This document shows positions 33,909 to 40,712 of a DNA stretch of 50,447 nucleotides, piece by piece (positions within the stretch are counted from its first letter, which is position 1; the number at the start of each line of letters is the position of its first letter). A program made the translations under genes and the position numbers. This stretch comes from Acidobacteriota bacterium (GTDB lineage Bacteria > Acidobacteriota > Thermoanaerobaculia > UBA5066 > Gp7-AA6). Where the stretch lies: the NCBI GenBank assembly GCA_046728075.1, contig JBKPDV010000066.1, forward strand, positions 1 to 50,447, written 5' to 3'. Below the pieces are notes generated by a model that saw only the letters and a list, made by a program, of their open reading frames with translations, was not told the origin of the DNA and searched no databases.

Positions 33909-34087
33909 CCGGCGAGGACGCCGTCCTCGAAGTGGAACTCCGGGCTCGTCGCGAGTCGGGGATGGTCGTGGGGCTGAAGCAAGTCATCGGAGGTCGCCGA
34001 TGGGTCGATTCGGCGAGCGATTTCGAGCAGGCGGTCGCGCTGCGCCGCGATCATCTCTTCCAGCAGTCCCTCGGTGGCGTCAGTCAT
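33869..34087 (-). CDS. Small hypothetical protein (72 aa) downstream of the GGDEF gene
   Basis: ATG at 34087 overlaps the cyclase stop (34080) by 8 nt. Coding-like codon bias. No recognisable family. Confidence 0.4.
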   Translation of the reverse strand: MTDATEGLLEEMIAAQRDRLLEIARRIDPSATSDDLLQPHDHPRLATSPEFHFEDGVLAGYLAVRAALRARR

Positions 34088-35177
34088 GAGTGACTTTTTC
34101 TCTCGTCGATCGCCCCGTCCAGACGAGGACTCGGTCGCGTCCCTTTTCTTTGGCCACGTAGAGCGCTTTGTCGGCCAGATGCATCAGCCGCTCCCGGTCG
34201 GTGGCCCGGGAGGCTTCCGCGATGCCCGCGGAGACGGTCATCCGAAAGGGTTTGCCGTCGAAGTGAAAATCTTCCTCCGCGAGAGATCGCCGGATTCGTT
34301 CGGCCACGGCGCGCGCGGCGTCCGAGTCCGTTTCGGGAAAAAGGATGGCGAACTCTTCGCCGCCATGCCGGCAGGCGACGTCGGAAGAGCGGACGGACGC
34401 CCGCACGATCTCTCCCAGGCGCCTCAAGACGAGGTCGCCCGCGGCGTGGCCGAGTGAGTCGTTCAAGCTCTTGAAGCGGTCCAGATCGAAACAGGCGACG
34501 GCGAGCGCGCCGCCGTAGCGTTCCCGTCGGGCCCACTCCTCGGCCAGTCGCGTTTCGAAGTAGCGGCGCGAGGAGAGCCCCGTCAGCTCGTCGGTCACGG
34601 CGATCGTCCAGTTGCGCACCGCGTGGAGCGAGGAGGTCAAGGGGGCAAGCAGCGCCCGGATCTCTCCCTTTCGCGCGTCGTCGATCGGTTCCCGGCTCTC
34701 GAGCACGAGATGGGCGATCAGGCGGTCGCCCGAATAGAGAGGCAGCCTCAGGCGCCGGGTGTGCGGCCCGCCTGCCAGAAGGTCGCGCGGCGCGAAGGAG
34801 CGCTCCGTTTCGGTGGCGGTCAGCTCCAGGAGTCGAGCGGAGTCGATCCACTGATTCAGGTGGGGATTGGCATCGTCGCGCCGGGGTTCCGGATCGCCTT
34901 CGCCCGGCCGCGGTTCCAGTGTCCAGACGTCTTCGACGCGGCCGTCCTCTCCGACGCGATAGAGCGTGAAGCGGGAGACCGGAAGAACATCGACGGCCGC
35001 GTCGAAAGCGTGCCGCAGGATCTCGCGGACATCGGGGGCCTCCGCGAGGAAATGTCCTCGGCGTTCGCGCGCGGCCAGCCGCGCGATCAGCCGGCGCTCG
35101 CCCCTTCGCAGAGCGAGCGCCCACGCGATCGAGACAGCCGCCGTGCCCGCGAGGAGAATGCCGAGCCAGAGGGGCAT
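34080..35177 (-). CDS. Diguanylate cyclase: TM - GAF-like sensor - GGDEF
   Basis: DELTGLSSRRYF, FDLDRFKSLNDSLGHAAGD, active site GGEEF with an RxxD I-site (RSSD) five residues upstream. Confidence 0.9.
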   Translation of the reverse strand: MPLWLGILLAGTAAVSIAWALALRRGERRLIARLAARERRGHFLAEAPDVREILRHAFDAAVDVLPVSRFTLYRVGEDGRVEDVWTLEPRPGEGDPEPRRDDANPHLNQWIDSARLLELTATETERSFAPRDLLAGGPHTRRLRLPLYSGDRLIAHLVLESREPIDDARKGEIRALLAPLTSSLHAVRNWTIAVTDELTGLSSRRYFETRLAEEWARRERYGGALAVACFDLDRFKSLNDSLGHAAGDLVLRRLGEIVRASVRSSDVACRHGGEEFAILFPETDSDAARAVAERIRRSLAEEDFHFDGKPFRMTVSAGIAEASRATDRERLMHLADKALYVAKEKGRDRVLVWTGRSTREKVTHD

Positions 35178-35200
35178 CAGGCAGAGTGTAGCGGGAGAGC

Positions 35201-35305
35201 GGACGGGGGGACGGGGGGACTGGGGGACGGGGAGGAAACGCTAATCGTTACGACGACGGTGGATTCGGGTTCGCCCCGTCCCCCCGTCCCCGTTTCTCCC
35301 CGTCC
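35201..35305. repeat. Inverted octamer-array hairpin, unit GGACGGGG
   Basis: GGACGGGG GGACGGGG GGACTGGG GGACGGGG, 41-nt loop, then CCCCGTCC CCCCGTCC CCGTTTCT CCCCGTCC. It lies between the lipoprotein gene stop and the GGDEF gene start. Confidence 0.88.
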
Positions 35306-35379
35306 GACACAACCGCCAAACTGGTCCAAAAGGAAAGGCCCCCTTTCGGGGGCCGCCGCCAGGACCGACGAAAGAAGAC

Positions 35380-35652
35380 TTACTTCTTCTTCGTCTCGGT
35401 CGAAGTGGTGGTCTTGGTTTCGGTACTGGTAGTGGTCGCGGTGCCGGGCGCCGTGCTGGTCGTCGTGGTCATCTCCGTACCCGTTCCCATCGTGGTCGTT
35501 GTCGCCGTGGTGCCGGTCTCCTGCACGACCGCGGGCGCCGTCGACTCTGTCGTAGTCGTCGTCTCGGTGGTCGTCTCTTCCTTTTTCTTGCAGCCGGTGG
35601 CGAGCGCCACGCCGAGAACGGCCACGAGGCCCAAGGTCACAAACTTCTTCAT
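35380..35652 (-). CDS. Thr-rich small lipoprotein
   Basis: MKKFVTLGLVAVLGVALATGC (lipobox LATGC) followed by about 70 residues dominated by T/E/S/G. GGAG lies 9 nt upstream of the ATG at 35652. Confidence 0.7.
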   Translation of the reverse strand: MKKFVTLGLVAVLGVALATGCKKKEETTTETTTTTESTAPAVVQETGTTATTTTMGTGTEMTTTTSTAPGTATTTSTETKTTTSTETKKK

Positions 35653-35674
35653 ATCCCTCATCTCCTTTTTCTAA

Positions 35675-35689
35675 GCGTTTTCAAAACGC
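35675..35689. promoter_or_regulatory. 7-1-7 palindrome GCGTTTT-C-AAAACGC, candidate operator
   Basis: Perfect 7-bp arms around one central base, in the divergent region between the Thr-rich lipoprotein gene and ffh. The central gap is too small for an RNA hairpin loop, so a dimeric DNA-binding site is more plausible. Confidence 0.3.
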
Positions 35690-35833
35690 AAAAAGAACCC
35701 CCAGCCGGGGAAAACGCGGCGGATCATATCCCAATGGACCCCCCTGTCAACTGCCGGGGACGCCCGGATTTGCGTCCCCGCCGCGGTATTCTTCTGCAGC
35801 TGCCGAGGGCGGCGCAAGGGAGGGATGAAGTCG

Positions 35834-37180
35834 ATGTTCGAGAGCCTGGGAGATCGGCTGCAAGGCGTGTTCAAGGAGCTCCGCGGGGAGGGGCACTTGA
35901 CCGATTACCACCTCGACACGGCTCTCCGGCAGATTCGTTTGTCGCTGCTGGAGGCTGACGTCGCTCTGCCCGTGGTGCGCCAGTTCACCGCCCGCGTGAA
36001 AGAGGAGGCAGTCGGGAAGCGCGTTCTCACCCAGCTATCGCCCGCTCAGGAGGTTACTCGCATCGTCCGGGATCAGCTCGTGGCGCTTCTGGGAGGGGAA
36101 AAAGCGGATATCGATCTCTCCGGGAGTCCGGCGGTCATCGCGATGGTGGGCCTGCAGGGATCGGGCAAAACGACTTCCGCCGCCAAGCTCGCGCTGAAAT
36201 TGAAATCGAAAGGCCGCTACCCTCTCCTGGTGGCCGCTGATCTTTCCCGGCCCGCCGCGGTCTCGCAGCTGGCCACACTCGGGCGCCAGGTCGGGGTACC
36301 CGTCTTTTTGCCGGGCGATCTGCGCGACCCGGTGGAGGTCGCGCGCGAGGGGCTGCGCGAGGCCCGGTTGACGGGACGCGACACGGTGATCGTCGACACG
36401 GCCGGCCGTCTGCACATCGACGAAGACCTGATGAAAGAAGTTCGGGCGGTCGTCGACGCGGTCTCTCCGCGCGAGATCCTCTTCGTCGCGGACGCCATGA
36501 CGGGCCAGGACGCCGTCCGCTCGGCCGCCGGCTTCGCGGCGTCTCTCGCTCTGACCGGGATCGTCCTGACCAAGACCGACGGCGACGCGCGAGGAGGCGC
36601 GGCGCTTTCGGTCGTCTCGACCCTGGGCCGCCCGATCAAGTTCGTGGGGGTCGGGGAAAAGCCCGAGGACTTCGAGCTCTTCCATCCCGATCGGATGGCC
36701 TCCCGGATTCTCGGAATGGGCGACGTGCTCACGTTGATCGAGAAGGTGGAAGAGCAGGTCGACGAAGGCGCCGCGCGGCGGATGGCGGACCGCGCCACGG
36801 CGGGCGACTTCACTCTGGAAGACTTGCGCGAGCAGCTTGCCTCGATGAAAAAAATGGGACCGGTCTCCGGCCTCCTCGATCTGCTTCCCAAGGGGGGCGC
36901 CTTCAAGGCTCTGTCGGCGCCGGAAGCCGTGGACGAAAAGCAGCTGACCCGCGTCTCGGCGATCATCGACTCGATGACTCCCGAGGAGCGCCGGTATCCG
37001 CAGGTCTTGAATGGCTCGCGCAAGAAGCGAATCGCGGGCGGGTCGGGAACCAGCGTGTCGGAGATCAACCGCCTGGTCAAGCAGTACCAGCAGATGCGAA
37101 AAATGATGAAGACGGCCCGGAAGGGGATGCGCGGCCTCGACCTGTCGAGGCTGCCTCTGCCGGCCCCGAAGGGGAACTGA
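35834..37180 (+). CDS. ffh: Signal recognition particle protein Ffh
   Basis: MFESLGDRLQGVFKEL, GLQGSGKTTSAAKLA, DTAGRL, TKTDGDARGGAALS, and the M-domain. GGGAGGG lies 9 nt upstream of ATG 35834. Confidence 0.95.
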   Translation: MFESLGDRLQGVFKELRGEGHLTDYHLDTALRQIRLSLLEADVALPVVRQFTARVKEEAVGKRVLTQLSPAQEVTRIVRDQLVALLGGEKADIDLSGSPAVIAMVGLQGSGKTTSAAKLALKLKSKGRYPLLVAADLSRPAAVSQLATLGRQVGVPVFLPGDLRDPVEVAREGLREARLTGRDTVIVDTAGRLHIDEDLMKEVRAVVDAVSPREILFVADAMTGQDAVRSAAGFAASLALTGIVLTKTDGDARGGAALSVVSTLGRPIKFVGVGEKPEDFELFHPDRMASRILGMGDVLTLIEKVEEQVDEGAARRMADRATAGDFTLEDLREQLASMKKMGPVSGLLDLLPKGGAFKALSAPEAVDEKQLTRVSAIIDSMTPEERRYPQVLNGSRKKRIAGGSGTSVSEINRLVKQYQQMRKMMKTARKGMRGLDLSRLPLPAPKGN

Positions 37181-37310
37181 GGCGAACGCCGGGAACGCCG
37201 GGAACGCAGCGAGAACGCCGGGAAGTGAAGTGTGAACTTCGAACTTCGTCCTTTACTTCACCCGATCCCGCTGCGTTCCCGTTGCGTTCCCGTTGCGTTC
37301 CCGCTGCGTT
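37181..37310. repeat. Long nested inverted repeat built from 9- and 11-nt units (AACGCCGGG / CCCGYTGCGTT) with an inner GAAGT/ACTTC hairpin
   Basis: The left arm starts right after the ffh TGA: GAACGCCGG x2, GAACGCAGC, GA, GAACGCCGG. Centre: GAAGTGAAGTGTGAACTTCGAACTTCGTCCTTTACTTCAC. Right arm: CCCGCTGCGTT CCCGTTGCGTT CCCGTTGCGTT CCCGCTGCGTT. Confidence 0.85.
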
Positions 37311-37367
37311 GACTTGAATTGCTGCTAAGATAACCGGCTTTTGATCATGAAAGGACCCGTCTAGATC

Positions 37368-37619
37368 ATGTTGAAGATCCGTCTCCGGCGCATGGGCGCC
37401 CGCAACCGCCCCTACTACCGCATCGTCGTGTCCGACTCGAGGCAGACCTCCCGCGCGGAGGTGCTCGAGGAGCTCGGCCACTATGACCCCGTCCTGGATC
37501 CTCCTCGGATCGTGTTGAACCGCGAGCGCGCTCGTCATTGGATCGGAAAAGGGGCCAGCGTGTCTCCCACTGTCGCGTCGTTCCTGGCCCGGCCCGAGCC
37601 AGCCCCGGCTGCCTCATGA
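37368..37619 (+). CDS. rpsP: 30S ribosomal protein S16
   Basis: MLKIRLRRMGARNRPYYRIVV...LGHYDP. Confidence 0.95.
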   Translation: MLKIRLRRMGARNRPYYRIVVSDSRQTSRAEVLEELGHYDPVLDPPRIVLNRERARHWIGKGASVSPTVASFLARPEPAPAAS

Positions 37620-37879
37620 GGGACGAGGTCAGGCCGGAGGCGCCGACAATGCGGCGGCTGGTGGAAACAATCGTCCGGCGCCTTTCGGATCGCCCGGAAG
37701 AGGCCCGCGTGGCGGAAACGCACGAGGGCCGCACCATCGTCTATGAGATTGCGGTTCCCGAAGGAGACCGCGGCCGCCTGATCGGGCGCGAGGGGCGGAC
37801 CGTGAGGGCCCTTCGGGCATTTGTGGGCGCGGCGGCTTCCGCCCGCGGAAAGAAAGTCATCGTCCGGGTGCGGGACTGA
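37616..37879 (+). CDS. KH domain RNA-binding protein (UPF0109/YlqC-like)
   Basis: LVETIVRRLSDRPEEARV...GRLIGREGRTVRALR. ATGA overlap with the rpsP stop; ATG 37649 is an alternative start. Conserved rpsP-KH-rimM-trmD-rplS order. Confidence 0.85.
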   Translation: MRDEVRPEAPTMRRLVETIVRRLSDRPEEARVAETHEGRTIVYEIAVPEGDRGRLIGREGRTVRALRAFVGAAASARGKKVIVRVRD

Positions 37880-37885
37880 GCATCC

Positions 37886-37919
37886 ATTTCGAAATTCGAA
37901 TTTCGGATTTCGAATTTTT
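37886..37919. repeat. AT-rich heptad array, unit ATTTCGA (self-complementary TTCGAA cores)
   Basis: ATTTCGA AATTCGA ATTTCGG ATTTCGA ATTTTT, followed directly by the rimM ATG at 37920. It lies between the KH-protein gene and rimM. Confidence 0.85.
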
Positions 37920-38423
37920 ATGCTTCTCGTCGGCACCGTCCGCAAGCCGCACGGCCTGACGGGCGAGGTCTCCGTCGAGATCGCAACCGACTTCCCGCAA
38001 CGCTTTGCTCCGGGAATCCAGCTCGTCTGGACCCGCGGAACCGAACAGAAGTCCTTGAACCTCGCCGCCGCGCGGCCGCACGGGAAACGGCTGCTGCTCA
38101 CCTTCGAGGGCATCGCCAGCGTCGAAGAGGCGCGGAGCCTGGCGGGAGGGGACCTCTCGATCAGAGAAGGAAAAGCGTTTCCCGCCCCTGCGGGCTTTTT
38201 CTACAGTCACGAGATAGAAGGTTTTGCGTGCGTGGATGAACGGGAGACGCCGCTGGGGGTAGTGCGCGGCCTGGGGCAGACGCCGGCCGGCCCGCTGCTG
38301 ACGCTCGAGACCGCCTCGGGAAGAGAAGCGCTGGTCCCGTTCGTCGAGGAGATGGTGCGGAAAATCGATCGCGATGCCAGGCGAATTGTGCTGGAGCTTC
38401 CGGAAGGGCTGCTGGACCTCTAG
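37920..38423 (+). CDS. rimM: Ribosome maturation factor RimM
   Basis: MLLVGTVRKPHGLTGEVSVEIATDFPQRF. I chose the internal ATG at 37920; the track start at 37821 runs through the (ATTTCGA)n array. Confidence 0.9.
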   Translation: MLLVGTVRKPHGLTGEVSVEIATDFPQRFAPGIQLVWTRGTEQKSLNLAAARPHGKRLLLTFEGIASVEEARSLAGGDLSIREGKAFPAPAGFFYSHEIEGFACVDERETPLGVVRGLGQTPAGPLLTLETASGREALVPFVEEMVRKIDRDARRIVLELPEGLLDL

Positions 38424-38449
38424 AACCAGAGAAGCGTGTCACGGCAGCC

Positions 38450-38538
38450 CTGTCATCCCGAGGAGCGCAGCGACGAGGGATCTGCCCTGGCGAAGTCCAA
38501 ACGAGGGAAGATCCCTCGCCTCCGGCTCGGGATGACAG
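38450..38538. repeat. REP/MITE-like imperfect palindrome (not heptad-based)
   Basis: CTGTCATCCCGAG-GAGCGCAGCGAC-GAGGGATCT, 25-nt centre, then AGATCCCTC-GCCTCCGG-CTCGGGATGACAG. Located in the rimM-trmD spacer. From memory, not verifiable here, it resembles a GTCATCC(C/T)GAG...GAGGGATC palindrome seen in many environmental bacterial genomes. Confidence 0.75.
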
Positions 38539-38622
38539 CAGTTTGTCTCGACGCGTCACCGCTCCGCTTTCTGGAGGATCGATCACGGGGACGGTAGACT
38601 CACGGCCTCAACTTTCGACTGT

Positions 38623-39330
38623 ATGAAGATCGAGATCCTCACCATCTTCCCGGACTACTTTACGTCGCCTCTGGCGACCAGCCTGCTGGGCCGTGCGATC
38701 GAATCGGGACTGATCGAAGTGACGGTCACCGATCTGCGGGCTTTCTCGGAAGACAAGCACCACAAGGTCGATGACGAGCCCTTCGGTGGAGGCGCGGGAA
38801 TGGTGATGACCGTGCCGGTGATCGCGGCCGCGGTGGAGAAGCGGCGGGGGGACCCTCAGGCCTGGAGCATTCTGCTGACACCCGACGGAGAGCGCCTGGA
38901 TCAGGCGCTCCTTAACCGTCTCACGGACAGAGAACGCCTGATTCTTTTCTGCGGGCGCTACGAAGGAATCGACGAGCGGGCGCGGCTGCTCGGCCTCTTC
39001 GATCAGGAGATCTCTCTCGGGGACTTCGTTCTTCCCGGCGGCGAGGTCGCCGCTCTCGCGCTGGTCGAAGCGCTGTCCCGCCTGGTGCCGGGCGTAGTCG
39101 GCCGCTCCGAGTCGGTCGAGCGCGAGTCTTTCGCGGGCGAGCGTCTCGACTACCCGCAGTACACGCGGCCTCGGGACTTCCGCGGGCTCGCGGTGCCCGA
39201 GCTGCTCCTCTCGGGGGATCATGCCCGCATCGAGCGATGGCGCCGCGCGCGCGCCCTCGAGCGGACCCGGCAGCGGCGCCCCGACCTGCTGAAGGTTCGT
39301 CCCGAGGAACCGGGGGAAACCGACGAGTAA
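38623..39330 (+). CDS. trmD: tRNA (guanine37-N1)-methyltransferase TrmD
   Basis: MKIEILTIFPDYF, DDEPFGGGAGMVM, CGRYEGIDER, SLGDFVLPGGE. Confidence 0.95.
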   Translation: MKIEILTIFPDYFTSPLATSLLGRAIESGLIEVTVTDLRAFSEDKHHKVDDEPFGGGAGMVMTVPVIAAAVEKRRGDPQAWSILLTPDGERLDQALLNRLTDRERLILFCGRYEGIDERARLLGLFDQEISLGDFVLPGGEVAALALVEALSRLVPGVVGRSESVERESFAGERLDYPQYTRPRDFRGLAVPELLLSGDHARIERWRRARALERTRQRRPDLLKVRPEEPGETDE

Positions 39331-39430
39331 TCGGACCGGCGGGTGACCGGACCGGCAGCTCGACCACGGCGGCCGGAAGAGAGGAACGTGGGGGCCGCCA
39401 CGTCCAGAATCTTGGCTCTCTCACCCGGGT

Positions 39431-39459
39431 TTGCGTCAGCGACGCTCCTCGGCTAGAAT
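39431..39459 (+). promoter_or_regulatory. Candidate sigma70-type promoter for rplS
   Basis: TTGCGT (39431..39436), 17-nt spacer, TAGAAT (39454..39459). This leaves a leader of about 60 nt before ATG 39524. Confidence 0.45.
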
Positions 39460-39523
39460 TCCCGATTCCGCTCGGCCGTTTCGGTTTCGCAGCGGAGGTT
39501 TGCTTACGTTAAAAGAGGCCGCC

Positions 39524-39916
39524 ATGACCGACACCCTGCTCGAAGTCGAAAAGCCAATGCTCAAGTCGGACGTCCCGCGCTTCGCGCCTGGAGACAGCGT
39601 CCGCGTTCACGTCAAGGTTCGCGAGGGCGAAAAGGAACGAATTCAGGTCTTTGCCGGCGTCGTCATCGCCCGCCGGGGCGGCGGCTCCCGCGAGACCTTC
39701 ACCGTGCGGAAGATCTCCAGCGGAATCGGTGTCGAGCGGATCTTCCCGCTTCATTCGCCGGTAATCGACCGGATCGAGGTCGAGCGCCAGGGCTCCGTCC
39801 GCCGCGCCAAGCTCTACTATCTGCGCGGGCGCAAGGGCAAGGCTGCGCGGATCGGAGAGAAGCGCACGGACGAGAAGCGGGAGCCGGAGAAGCTTCCCGC
39901 CGAAGACGGCGCGTAA
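39524..39916 (+). CDS. rplS: 50S ribosomal protein L19
   Basis: [61 protein letters not shown] chose the ATG at 39524 over the track start at 39431. Confidence 0.93.
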   Translation: MTDTLLEVEKPMLKSDVPRFAPGDSVRVHVKVREGEKERIQVFAGVVIARRGGGSRETFTVRKISSGIGVERIFPLHSPVIDRIEVERQGSVRRAKLYYLRGRKGKAARIGEKRTDEKREPEKLPAEDGA

Positions 39917-39933
39917 GAGCGGCCTTTCGGTTC

Positions 39934-40701
39934 GTGCGCCCGGACCCGCTCTCCGCGCTCTTTGCGGAGCTCGGCCGCCTTTCCGCGCTCGACCTGCTCG
40001 AGCGGGAGCTGCACCGCCGAGGCTATCGCCATATCGCGGGAGTCGATGAGGCGGGTCGCGGCTCGCTGGCCGGCCCCGTTGTCGCAGCCGCCGTAATTCT
40101 CCCCGAGGGCGTCGTCTTGCCCGGGCTCGACGACTCCAAGCGCCTCGACGCGCCCTCCCGAGAACGGCTGGATGCGCAGGTCCGACGACTCGCATTGGCC
40201 GTGTCGGTGGGGATCGTCGGCTCGCGGGAGATCGATCTGCGCGACATCCTCCGCGCGAGCCTGGAGGCCATGAGGCTGGCGGTCGAGGCGCTGTCTCTCG
40301 AGCCCGAGGCGCTCTTGATCGACGCGGTCGCGATTCCCGGGGTGCGCCGGCCGCAGCTGCCCGTCGTGCACGGCGACGCCCTCTGCTCTTCGATCGCCGC
40401 GGCGTCGATCGTCGCGAAGGTCTACCGCGACCGAGTGATGGACGAAATGGCCCGCCGTCACCCCGTCTATGGCTTCGAGCATCATCGCGGGTACGGGACT
40501 CCGGAGCACTGGCACGCCCTGCGGTTGTATGGCCCGTGCCCCGAGCACCGATTGAGCTACCACGGCGTGGTCGGGGGCATCGAGCCCGAAGAGCTGGAGG
40601 CGGGAAACAGGAGACCGAAGGCGCGGATCTCGGCAAAACTCCTTCCCAGGAAGTCGCCGCCGGACTCCCGCCCGCCGGTTTCCGGCCCGAAACGCGGTTA
40701 G
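39934..40701 (+). CDS. rnhB: Ribonuclease HII
   Basis: IAGVDEAGRGSLAGPVVAAAV, DSKRL, ASIVAKVYRD, GYGT. GTG start. Unusually long basic C-terminal tail. Confidence 0.9.
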   Translation: MRPDPLSALFAELGRLSALDLLERELHRRGYRHIAGVDEAGRGSLAGPVVAAAVILPEGVVLPGLDDSKRLDAPSRERLDAQVRRLALAVSVGIVGSREIDLRDILRASLEAMRLAVEALSLEPEALLIDAVAIPGVRRPQLPVVHGDALCSSIAAASIVAKVYRDRVMDEMARRHPVYGFEHHRGYGTPEHWHALRLYGPCPEHRLSYHGVVGGIEPEELEAGNRRPKARISAKLLPRKSPPDSRPPVSGPKRG

Positions 40702-40712
40702 AATTTCAGGAG

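Noticed and set aside
35405-35674. 89-aa poly-Val ORF on the plus strand
   Set aside because: It is the mirror image of the Thr-rich lipoprotein gene (ACC/ACG codons read as GGT/CGT antisense). The minus-strand frame has a signal peptide, a lipobox and a Shine-Dalgarno.
37309-37337. TTGACT box upstream of rpsP as a sigma70 promoter
   Set aside because: No acceptable -10 hexamer lies at 16-18 nt spacing (the candidates are TAAGAT at 11 nt and TAACCG at 16 nt).
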